DNA of 57,165 nucleotides, counting the filler, from Sphacelaria rigidula (Eukaryota): NCBI GenBank assembly GCA_964200075.2. It is 6 parts of 6 records of this genome, joined end to end, with 100 filler letters (N's around TTAATTAATTAA, not from the genome) between each part and the next. Parts side by side here need not be neighbours in the genome. Positions count along the whole stretch, not along the records: positions 19,091 to 28,534 come from CAXNAA020008485.1; positions 28,635 to 38,078 come from CAXNAA020008486.1; 4 more parts are not named here. The stretch is one strand, 5' to 3'. The notes beneath the pieces are model-generated. The model was not told where the DNA came from. It was given only the letters and a program-made list of their open reading frames with translations, and ran no database searches. Both the position numbers and the translations under genes were made by a program. Below, one piece after another: positions 23,675 to 35,121 of the stretch (its first letter is position 1; each line of letters opens with the position of its first letter).

Positions 23675-24268
23675 TGTGATGGAAAATGACTGAGTGCCTG
23701 AATTAAAACTAGTTCCTTGTGGATATGCAGATGGTCCCTAGAAACGACCAGCGGGTATGGAAAGATTCTAGTCGAATGTGTGTTTGTAGGAGACAGGATT
23801 CGATCCTTGTATTGTTGACGAAGCGGGTTGATGGTAGATGGGTTGTACCCGATTAGCCGCGTGTACCTGCTGCTACTACAGCCTTGATTACCTAAAGGTA
23901 CGGCGCGTCGAGGTGATTTTGTGTTATGACGAGATTGTAAGCGGGTCAGACGGACGTATGGACAGCTGCTCTACACCCCTGTCCCACTCGAACATCCCGA
24001 CTACAGTCTTCAGGCCTCATTGGATATAAAGAAGAGCTTTACTCGTTATCTGCCCATCGATCTCCTGTCTTCAGTGTCGCGAGTCCACAGCCTGATTGAC
24101 GTGAGTCTTGGCTGTGCTGTACTATCACCCTCATACATTTTGATATTGTATTCTGGCTTCGGGGTCGTGTAGTTTTTCCCTCTGACAGCTGGGCTATTCT
24201 ATTGAGAGATTGAAACAGCAGTTTTGAGTGTAGTAAGTCAATCCAGGACCGCTGGCCGGCACCTCACA
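23675..24268. mobile_element. LTR-like repeat family B, copy 2
   Basis: TGTGATGG start, colinear with 14513-15057, TATAAA present, possible TCACA end. Confidence 0.6.
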
Positions 24269-25942
24269 AGGGTGTGGCTTGCTTGCGTTCGGCGTATACG
24301 GCTTTACTGCTTGCGGTTTTGCTTATACTTCCACAGCATGCCCTCGACTGAAACTTCCCTGCAGAAAAGGGTTGTTGAGCAGATACTTGTGGCGTGTAGG
24401 AAGATTACGATATATGGCCGACATTCGCGACCATTCGTTGTGCTGATCTATGACCCGCAGGTCGTGGTTTGATTGATTGATTGATTGATTGGCCGTCGCA
24501 CTTTACCTGACCCCCCTAGGGGTCCAGCCGTGGTCTCATGATAGACGTGCCCAAGAAACACTAAATTGAAACACGCTCTGAAGAGAAGGAGAAACAGGAG
24601 GGGGAAATCGAACATAACGACATAGCAGGCCAAGTCGTAACAAAAAAAGTCATAAAAATGTCAACCCAAGCAAAGCACAGAAAGAAATGGCCGGCCGAAA
24701 ACAAAAACAAAAAAAGGAAAGGAAGAGGAAAGTGAAGAGCAAATGAAATTAAGATTAAGGGGTTTTAATTGGATAAAGAGAATGGGGTACTAGCCCGCCC
24801 CTGGCGGTAAGCCTGCACCTGATCATATCTGTAACTCACCCAAATCCGAGAAAAAAATAGGACCTTCCTTGTGCTCCTTGCGCGGGAAGGGTTCTCGTTA
24901 CCCGAACTGCCCAAGTTCGTGGTTGAACATGCTGTTGGTTTGTAGATTCTACCGCGTATCCTAACCTGAATCTCAAGCTCAGGCGGATCGTTGATCTTGC
25001 CCAATATGGTGCTCTAGGCAAAGGGTGCTTTGGCAGAGCGCAAGTCGTCATCTGCTCAGTTCATGCCCTACAGATGAAGGCGTGCCTACGCTAGGTATCT
25101 GTCTCGGATGTTCGGGTAACAACAGTGCCTCACGCGCGTAGCTTACATAGCCCGTAGGTGAAAGCCGTTGATCTCATAATTCTCTTTCAATATTCACACG
25201 GCTTTGTTCTCTCTGTCGCATGACCGGAGCTTTTGGGAAGCTTTGATTATGTGTTGTCGGTTGATGGTCCACCCCTGCAGATAGCCGAACCACCTTGCAC
25301 CCCCCCTTCCCCCCCTCCCCGCGGTCTCAGGCTGTGAATATCCACCAGTTGTCGCCTGAAATGTCACGGTTTACTCCAGTTTCCCTCGAAGTAGATTCGG
25401 TGTCAGCAGATGCCTCGTAGTTTTGTGAGGGAGTGACTGCCCCCTAGTGAATCAGTTAGTGACTCACGTCCTGTGAGCTTGATTTGTTGGTGGGGGACCC
25501 CACTGTTCTTGCTCTAGCACAAGAAAACAGGTACCGTTGTCGGGAGCAACGGTGACTTGCAGCGATGCAGAGATATGTTTGCTACTGGTGTCCTCGATGA
25601 ACCCCTGTGAGCGAACTTCAATCGCTGTGCGGTACCCGTGATAACTCGCGGAATGCTGCGCCCAGTGTACTTTACAATCTTGACTTGGCGGCCAGAGACA
25701 AGTTTGTCGTCCAGGTTGTGGTCATACGTCCCACTGTTGACTACAAATGAGAAGTATGGTATCCCCCTCGTGCGCTGTGCCTTGTGCCTAGGTCCCAGCC
25801 AGGTTGATGGCGAACGTAGGGTCGACGGTGTCATGATCGTTGGTTGATCTTACCCTGTAGGACTTGCATGCCGGAGTTATGTTTCACCTCGCCGAGGTGG
25901 TGGTATCGTAGCGCTTCGTTTTTCTAGTGTCCATGCCAATCA

Positions 25943-26375
25943 ACGCGGGATTTCACACAATGGAGATGGGTTATTTGATGGGGATGAAAAACCGGAAAAT
26001 TAAAGTCTTCGTATCCACACAAAATCTTAGAATTATGATTTCATTTCTTTACGTGCTGACAGCTATTGACAACTACTACACGACATGTAAATTTGGATTT
26101 CGATAATCGAAATGTCGGGGTTCTAGGTGAAAAAACAATTTGGGGGTCCGATCGGATCACCGAAACCCCCAAAATTGGTTTTTCACCTGGGACCCTGACA
26201 TTTCTATTATCGAAATCCAAACTTGTAGTGCGTGTAGTAGTTGTCAATAGCTACTAGCAAGTGATGAAATGGAGCCATGTTTCGAAGATTTGGTGTGAAT
26301 ACGAAGATTTTATTTCTCCGGTTTATCATCCCCAATAAATAACCCATCCCCAATTTGTAAAGCCCCGTGTTAATA
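25943..26375. mobile_element. Foldback/MITE, nearly fully palindromic (~430 bp)
   Basis: The two halves are imperfect reverse complements centred near 26150; homologous to 11521-11898 plus 13208-13276. Confidence 0.85.
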
Positions 26376-26467
26376 TCAGTCTCGGCGCTACTCTGAGTCT
26401 ACCCCTGAGGTCTTCCCCTGGGTCCCACTCGTGTCCTGTGCGACTTGTGTCTCTCGACACCGTTTCT

Positions 26468-26883
26468 TAGAGCTCGGAAATGATACCAGTTATTTCTGGC
26501 CATGATAATCAGAATGGTAATAATGGTCATGGATATATGAAAAATTTGGATGATTGTTTCAAACCATTATATACCGTCACCGGCTTTTAGGCCATTACCG
26601 GCTACGTATGCTACATACAGCCCTTGAAAGTTGGTCCAAATTTAACGTATTTTGTAGCTCTAGTGAAGCCAAATCGCGTAAAAACGTGCCTTCGGCACGG
26701 CGCCTCCAGCGAGGTTCCCCGGGGGCGCCTTTGGCAGGGCACCCTCTGCGGGGGGGGGGCTTCTTGGCTCGCAGCTTCGCCGCTCGATGACCAAACCGTT
26801 CTATACCATTTTACTGGTTCATGGTTGCGCTACGCGTAACCGTTTTAGTGGCTAATTGTTAGACAATCCATTTCCGAGCTCTA
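26468..26883. mobile_element. hAT-like MITE
   Basis: Perfect 15-bp TIR TAGAGCTCGGAAATG; degenerate 8-bp TSD CCGTTTCT/CCATTTTT; reiterated ACCATT/ACCGTT subterminal motifs. Confidence 0.75.
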
Positions 26884-27894
26884 CCATTTTTACCATTTGA
26901 CCTTCCCGGTACAATCTGCACCTGAGTGGGTCGTGGAGTTGTGAGACGAGCGTTTTTTTGCATGACTCACTGTTGCAATGCTAGTGTGGTGGTGGGGTGC
27001 TGTCTATCTAGACAAGTTAATCGGAAATGCATAGTGACTGTGAAGCTCGCATGCGTCGTGCAGCAGCAGACGAAGTTTGGTGGAATAGTCTCTTTGGAAC
27101 GCAGAGAACTGTACGAAGATGTAAGAGAGTGGAAGCAGGTGGGGGATTGAGACCGTAGAACCCACGTTGTGGTCATGCAAACTTTCAACAAAGTCCACTC
27201 TACATGACCAGGGGCACGTACGTCATAGCAGACTGTACTCTCTGATTCGAAATATTGCTGACGTTACTCCGCCAGCTTCTACTTTAGATCCACATGCTAC
27301 GCGGCATATCTACTCAGATGTGGTATCCTACTGCAATAGGCTTTGGTGGCGCGCCATCTACTTCGATGAACAGTGTAACACTTTCCCGAACTGCGAGATC
27401 TTGTGCAGTCAAAAATGTATGTGATGAAACGGTTTCCCGCGTCTTGCTGTCGTCGAACCGACACAAGATGTATGCATCGCATCTTACTACATAGCCGAAT
27501 ATCAGACGTGGATATACAGACTATTTTACTTGTGTTTTCAACACCTACCCGTGTTCGGGACCATGTACAATACAGGATGTCACGAAGCGGCCTATGTCGC
27601 CGCATCCGTATCATGTTTCTCTTTATTCAATGAAACTATGACCAGATTTCCGTGTTGTTACCAGAGTTTTCCCCACAAATCTTCGCAGACAGATTGTTTC
27701 TGACAAGCATATTTTGTATCATGTTGATCATCTGTTCTCAGGTTCGATCGGAACTCTTGAGTGTTTCTGTTTCGACCGCCTTGCCATCGTTTCTTTTAAC
27801 GGTAAGCCGTGAGCCCGGTGCAAATATTTCGTGACCCAAAGCTTCGCGCATGATGGTGGAGTCCTCTCTCACGGGACCCTTGCACGATCGAGAA

Positions 27895-28215
27895 ACCCCC
27901 ATGTGGGATACGGAGGTTCATTCTGGGTATCCATTTTAGATGTTACATCCATCCGAGATCCATCTGGGTTCTGGTCATCTATCTGGGACATGGATGTTCC
28001 TTTAAGATATCCCTCAGAGATGTGGGTGTCCATCTCGAATGTGGATGTCTATCGGGAATGTTTATCTGGGATATCCGTCTGGGATGTGGATATCCCTCTG
28101 AGGTATTCGAAATGGACGTCCATAGCCCAGATGGATACCTGAGAGGGATATCCACATCTCAGATGCAGCTCTCAGATGTATCTGATATTCCGAATGGGTG
28201 TTTAAGAGGGATATT
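27895..28215. repeat. Degenerate repeat array (ggatatccatct/agatg motifs in both orientations)
   Basis: Many short imperfect GGATATCC-type units. Confidence 0.65.
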
Positions 28216-28534
28216 TGTTGGAATAATTCGTGGTCGTAGCACTGTCCTTACGACAGGCCAACTACTGTTCAGCGAACAGTAGTTTGCAGAGGTTGCACCG
28301 TGGTTGATTAGGCCACTTGCTTCCGCAGCTTCAGAATAAATCAGTGAGACAAATGGTTGATTGGGCGCTTATTTGGCCAAGAAAAGCAGAACTCGCAGTC
28401 TCCTCTCAAAGCGGAGAACTGATGGTAGTGAAGGAGAGTGACTGTGGAGGGCGGTGAGGACCACCGACTACAATTGCCCAATCCTTGGAACAAAAAACAA
28501 AGCTCTACACGTACGTAGACTAAAACGCGTCCTT

Positions 28535-28634
28535 NNNNNNNNNNNNNNNNNNNNNNNNNNNNNNNNNNNNNNNNNNNNTTAATTAATTAANNNNNNNNNN
28601 NNNNNNNNNNNNNNNNNNNNNNNNNNNNNNNNNN
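28535..28634. other. Artificial scaffold linker
   Basis: N44-TTAATTAATTAA-N44. Confidence 0.98.
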
Positions 28635-30569
28635 CTCTGTGATGGGTGACCTCCATGACGTGTAGGCTTGGTTTTGCTACTCTTGTGGAGAGAGGCTATG
28701 GTCCTCTTCTCCTGTACTATGCGAAGGGTCAATAAATGAATGACTAAAGCTACTGAAGTCCATGTGCGCGTGATGGGAGGAAACATGGCGATCTGATCTT
28801 GAGTGACAGTCTAAAGGTCGATCTCAAAAATGAGGTTAAAGTGGCATATCTTTTTTGCAGGGGTGATGCGACACAGTTACACAGAGCGAAACCATCTTCC
28901 CCCCCAAAACTCTGCAGCAATGAATCAGTTGTGGCTAGGTGCACCGAACGAATGCGGTGTACACGCGTGTCGATGACGATATCACCAGAGAGAGAAGTAA
29001 CGACAGAGAGGAAGCTCCTCGCCCGTGTCCTTTGTGTGTCCTCGCTCGGCGATCATCACTCGCTCGGGAGACTAGCATCATCGATGTTACCAGCATGAAC
29101 CCAATTTTTCATGTGCCAGAACATCGAGCTGCGGATAGATTTCGTCTCTTCTTGCCTCTGGACCTCACCAATGCGAAGATCGATTTCTCTCTGCCTCTCT
29201 TTTTGGACATGACCCGCCTCTGTGCGCTGAAAAACATGTTGAAAAATAGGGCAATGTTCCCGTCACCGCTACTACTGTTCTCTGTCACACACATGACCAA
29301 ATTTCGCAACCTCTGTAAAAACAAAACACTTCGGTTTTCCCAACTACATACACATGATCGACTGAAGCATAATAACTCGCTCGAGGTGTTCAAGCTCTGC
29401 CCCGCGAGTGAATTGTCCTCAGTCGAGATGGTAGTCGAGATGGCACGCCCATCGACTCACACTGTTATCTTGTTTCATTGCACCTCGCCATGAACATTAT
29501 CACGTGAAAATAATGCCGATTCCAAATGCATCCACGCTGTGGACTCGAACGTTCCGCTAAAACGTTCAGGAAAACCATGCAGAACTCAGTGCGAGAAGCA
29601 AATGGTAGTCCAACGTTCGAAGGCAGAGGAAGACCATCCAAAACAAAGCGCGAAGAGCTAATGTACTTCCCCACACCCCCCCCCCCCCCCCCCCCCCCAT
29701 GCAGGGAGAGGAGGGAAGCGAGAGCACAAAGAAACAAAAAAAAAACAAANNNNNNNNNNATTAGAAAACAACATTCAAAGGGAAAAAAAAACAAACCAAA
29801 AAAAAAACCGAACAACAAAAATTTCCCCCCCCCCCCCCCCCCCTCACCTATTGCTAGTGAAAGGAGAGGATCAGCGACAAAGACTCGAAAACGAAAAAAA
29901 ACGAAATGCTGGCTTCAGAGAGCGTCGGAGAAACAATGAAACCGGGAGAAACGTACTCTAATCCAAGTAAAGATGAAATGCTGCTTTGTGGGGCCTTCGT
30001 GAGGCGAAATGACACTTATCTGCAGGAACTGCAAACGACGAAAAAACAATTAATAGTACCCTAAATCAAGTAAAGGCGGGATGCTGACCTGTAAGAGATC
30101 GACAGTAAAATGACAGCTGTCGGTAGGGAAGCGATTTCATGCAAATGATACCTGATAGAACTGTTATTTCATGCACGCGGTTTCCATGTCGGTCAACCTT
30201 TGGACATGGGTGATATGATCAATCGACAATTGTGGTTGTCAGATGATGTCATCCAGCGGGGCGGAGTCACTGTCAGAGCGTGGCAATCTTTCTCTAGTTC
30301 ACGTACACGTCGGTACGTCGTCCGTAATATTCCGGTAAACACATTGCTCACGCGAAGTACAACATGCCTCAACAAAAACTCTTTCCCACAGCGGAGTCAC
30401 CACACCCAAATCGTCACCTACCTCCTCGAACAAACTGCGGGACAAAACCTCACGAGAGGGCAAAAACGATGCCCTCTTTCAAAAGCTAAAACGAAACTCC
30501 GATATACAACAAGATGACAAAGTAAGGGTAAAAGTGCATACGCTGCACCATTCCGATATTTGTCATCCC

Positions 30570-30719
30570 TCACGACAACTCGCTCCAGCCTCCTGATTTT
30601 CGACGGCACTGAAGTGCGCTATCCCCGCGGTTATAGTCGTGAAGATTAACCGTAGTCTGGCCAAATAAACGCTCCTCATACTCCGAAAGTTTCTCCAAAA
30701 AGTATTTGTTAGGGATACA
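30570..30719 (-). CDS. Dual-specificity protein phosphatase, exon 4 (terminal)
   Basis: cgcag|CIPNKYFLEKLSEYEERL...WSELS*; PNxxFxxxLxxYE motif; total ~446 aa. Confidence 0.9.
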   Translation of the reverse strand, partial: CIPNKYFLEKLSEYEERLFGQTTVNLHDYNRGDSALQCRRKSGGWSELS

Positions 30720-31542
30720 CTGCGGAAGACGATGTAGCGGAGTTGGGCAGGGGAAGGGATGCGCGAGAGGGGGTAGCAGGATATTAGAGGTAGTGGGTTG
30801 GGGTAAATTGTCAATTGTAAGATGTGCCAGGTACTTTTCAGCATATACTCGTACTCGGAGCATGGAAATACCAGAAGGCTTGAACGTAAGGGAGATGAGC
30901 GAGCGAGGAAAAAGCCCTGCATCAAAAACGCACCAGGCGTGGACGTTTCACAAACGTGAACATCTCGATAAGTAGGGTGCTGCTGACAACCAAAGATGTG
31001 CTCATCGACGCATTTTAGCAGAACATTTGCAACGACATGGTTCATCGCATCTCACATTGTACTTGTCGAGATATTCCCTTTTGAAAAACGCTCGCGTCGC
31101 TGCCCACTCACCAGCCAGGTGTTGACAGATGCGACGGGAGAGGCAAGAGGCACAACATTTCGGGCACACATTTTTTCATTTCTCACAAGTTACACTTTCC
31201 AAGATTATCTGTAACTCTGTCGGGTCAGGCGAAGACCTAGTCCATATTTTCATTCCACTTCGAGGCGACTCTCAGCATCAACAGAACACGACGTAATCAT
31301 CTCCTATCGCAACACCAGCGAGCATTCTCCGCACCAGCGAGAAATCTCCGTAGCAACCTTGGTGTAGAGCAATACCGAAGCGCGGACCGCGTGCATGCAC
31401 ACACGGAAACATTATGCCCTCGTGCAACAAGCGATCGACATGCAAAACGTACCTTACCTGCAACGCACAGGGCATACGGTTGACATGACTTCTCTAGCCC
31501 TTCTACGCCTTAAAAAATAAAAGGAATCATGGCACCACGCAC

Positions 31543-31737
31543 CTGCCGTCGCTTGGCCTGGCAAAACTCTAGAGCAGCGAGCAGAGACATGCCCTCTCCC
31601 AGCTGCATTAGATAACCCAACACGAGAGAGCAAGACCTGCTCGTGCCTGCCTTGCAGTGCACGAGACACGCCTTCCCTCCTCGACGGGCTGCGTCGATGT
31701 GCCGAAACGCCGCCTCTAACACGGCCGGATTCATATC
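31543..31737 (-). CDS. Dual-specificity protein phosphatase, exon 3 (active site)
   Basis: aag|DMNPAVLEAAFRHID...LVHCKAGTSRSCSLVLGYLM...AKRRQ|gtgcgt; HCxxGxSRS signature and AYLM-like motif. Confidence 0.95.
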
Positions 31738-32610
31738 CTTTCAGTGCAAAAACACACACGCACACACACAACGGTGAAATCGCAACGGGGTAACGGGGAG
31801 GGGTTGGCAAGGAGGAGGGGAGGAGGAGTGCACATCGCGAAGATGGACGCAACGATCAAAACAACGCCTGCGCCACCAGGATCACTCCTACGGGTGCACG
31901 ACGACGCGCACAGTCTACTCAACACGATAAGAAACAATGGTGAAAACAGAATGTTCGATTTTGAAATGCGGCTTAAAAAATTCGAGCGGCTACTCCGACA
32001 ACATATATCCGTGCACATTGAAGCAGGACATTTTCATGTCTCGCATGCCTTGGATAGGCGAATGAACGATCTCCGCAGAGGTGTTGAGCTTGCTCTTGCA
32101 TTTTGCTTCATTTTGCCAGGAATTTCGGTACATCCGACTCCAAGAGATCCGGGTAGGGCTTCGCGCTCGAGTAAATTCAATACCTCGGCGAGCGTATTTT
32201 GGGGTACTTCATCAGGCACAGGTAATCTGCTGCTTGTGCGCAGCGTGGGACGAAAGCGTGCAAACCTCATGGAGCGTAGGGAGCCTAGCTCGTGCTGTGT
32301 TACGCCGATGGTTGTGGTGGTAAATCATGGAGTTAAGGGAGACCAGGGAACTTTTGGCTCGAAATATGTCGAACGACTTGTTTCGGCGACATGTCGACAA
32401 CTTACTTGCGAACATGCGAACACGTGTGCACCCTTATACCCGTGTCATTCTCTGCGGTGTAATTGCAATTTTCCTCGACCGAACCACATCAAAACTTCGA
32501 CCTGCGGCTTTTTAGTATGTATTGCCCACATTGCTCTCCTTGTTGTCGATATATTTTTTGACAAAAGACACACAAAAACACCCTCGTGCGCATGATGCAT
32601 ATGCACTCAC

Positions 32611-32808
32611 CTGACCACTTTCATCCTCCCAGCTCACTCGATGATACGAAAAATCGCGGGGATAAAAGTTGGTGAGCCGCTTGGAGCAATTCACCACATG
32701 CGTCACCCCCTCGCGTTGGAGGGACAATTTGTCACCGGTTACTTCCTCTCCGCTCAACCATAGGTTTTCCAAAATCTTGGTGGCATTTGTAAGACCGCCT
32801 GCGCACAC
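32611..32808 (-). CDS. Dual-specificity protein phosphatase, exon 2
   Basis: aag|VCAGGLTNATKILENLWLSG...GVTHVVNCS...YHRVSWED ESGQ|gtgagt; DSP N-lobe with the general-acid Asp. Confidence 0.92.
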
Positions 32809-33153
32809 CTTAAAGGCAGACGTTAAGGGGTGTGGGCGCGGGGGTTGATGGGCATACACAAGGATAAACTTTGAAACGGGCTCAGTTTGCAACAAATAGC
32901 AAATACTGTTTGATATAATCAACGCCGGGAAGACCCCTTCAGCCGCTCACCAGCTGCTCACGTCCAGCGATTGAGGACCATGCGACCCACCGAACCATTG
33001 CTGTGGGGAGCCTGTGTTCGAGAGCTTCAGCAGGACGGTGAGGAAGACTACACAAAATTGAATACAAAATGCAACTGCCTGCCAAAGACACATGCACACG
33101 AACAAGAGGAGACACACTGCGAACACTACGGCAATTTGTTCACGCATACATAC

Positions 33154-33951
33154 CTCGGTATCTACCTCGTCTACAGCAAGTGTAAGTCCCGGCGGCCGAG
33201 GTCGCCGCCATGTCGACCGTCCCAATTTATTCCGTGCCATCGGAGAGTCGAAAGCGCCACCCGAACCGAAGCCTGACGGAACGGGCGCTATTCCTGATTT
33301 TTCGGGAAGTGCGGACGCACGTGCCGGTTGAAACGCATGCGGTGACGGGGATGAACTATGTCGATCTCGCGCTTTCACATAGTCACTATTGCAGATAATT
33401 TCAAGGATCGGCGGATAATCTTCGGGTAGCCGTTTCGCGGAAACATTACCTTTCTCCGGTGTCGACGCTGGCTCAAATGAAGTGAAGTTGCTTCCGAAGC
33501 CACCACCACCGCCAGCACCGCTTTCGTCGTCACTGCTGCTGGCGCTACTCATTTCGTCAGCCACACTCCCCGTAGTTCCCGTGCTAAACCTGCTGTTGTG
33601 AAGACGATTGTGGTCTCCGCGAAGTGCCTTCGTCATACAGCTCTCAACGCAGACAGGACTGCTGGCGCTGCTGCTAGAAAACCACCGCCCCCTCGTCGAT
33701 TCACATTCCGCCGCCCCCTCCCGGTCTCCCTCCTGCTTCTGCTCCTTTCCCTCGTGTATTTGCACGACCATTCCGTCTTCGACTATTGCCCCGCCTTGCG
33801 GGTCCCCAGCTAACGCTACGCTCAATGTGTTGTCAGAGGCTACTCTGTCGCCGATGTTGCCACCCCCGTGGGGGGGAGGGGACGGCGTTCCCGACTGCGC
33901 ATGCCCGGCCTGAGCGCGTCTAGGGTAGATGCCTTTTGTTCGCCACATCAT
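33154..33951 (-). CDS. Dual-specificity protein phosphatase, exon 1 (disordered Ser/Gly/acidic N-terminus)
   Basis: 266-codon open frame from ATG 33951 to ...PGLTLAVDEVDTE|gtatgt, phase 0; in-frame upstream stop. Confidence 0.75.
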
Positions 33952-35067
33952 CTCACCTTCGTCGCCGTTGTCTCGTGTTTGCTAGAGTGTAAGCGTGATG
34001 CGTTGAGGATGTGCGGAAGAGGAGACGGGGTTATCGCACGGGGACGGAGGGGGTCAGTTCTGAGCTGCGATTATTGTCGCCCTGCTTTGCTCACATGACA
34101 TAAACAGCAGGTGTTGAGAGGGTATGAGACGACGATATCACTCGAATGATCGCGAATTATTGTCGCGAGGCCTCGCAGATGCGTGGAAAGCGCAAGGCGC
34201 GCGCTTGGTGGCATGCGTTCAAAGCGCGTGAGGATGTGGGTGCGACACGCGCGCGCCCGCCAGTCCCGTGTGTCCTACTACATCGCAGGACGCTTCACTA
34301 CCAAAGAGAGGGGAGCGGCCCCGAGTGGAGACATGTAAGGATGATAAACGTCGTCCGTGCGATCGCACAGACACCGTGCCCTTTTTTTCGTACGTTTTGA
34401 GACCGAGAATGATAACCACCGCATTACATGATGGACTAGCGGGACCGACAAAAACTAACCTCATTTGTTTCGCTAGCACTCCCAACAGCTTTGGCCGGCG
34501 CAGAGGTGGTCACCTTCAACTGCACCACGTTCATCACGTAACGGGAGGAGTCAGCAGGCGGACGCATTGTGGTCGGTCAGTATCACGAACGAGGAACACC
34601 AGGGACTGAGGACGTTTAGGACTAGAAAGATGAACACGAGAGCAGATCATATCAGCTATTTGCCTGAGTCGTCTTGTTTGGCAATGTCAAGGGAACGTCC
34701 GACTTGTGTGTGTGTTTGTTTTCCCGTTCGACCAAAGGCATCACGCGGACATGAGACAGCCCTCCTGGACGCCGACTAGAAACGGAAAGACAAGGTCGAG
34801 CCATATCCTCAAGCAATTTCGATTGACCGAAGTGTACTGTGGGAGAACATGGGCAGCTGCACCGGCTGAATCGCGAATGGTCACTCGCCTCTTCCCTTGA
34901 ACATTACCTGGTGTCGATTCACGCGGACGATCCCGACGCGAGACGGTCCAGGCAACTCCAGCGTCAACACGTATTCCTGAACGTCCACCAAAACCTTCCG
35001 CCACGAGTATATATAGGGCAAAAGCACATCGTGTTCAAGACCGCAAAAACGTTATGGGTGTTGGAAA

Positions 35068-35121
35068 ACAACAACAATAACAACAACAACAACAACAGCA
35101 GCAGCAGCAGCAGCAGCAACA
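35068..35121. repeat. (CAA)n(CAG)n microsatellite
   Basis: Direct reading. Confidence 0.95.

Noticed and set aside
31744..32595. 283-aa plus-strand ORF
   Set aside because: It lies antisense within DSP intron 2, has a GTG start and shows no recognisable motif.
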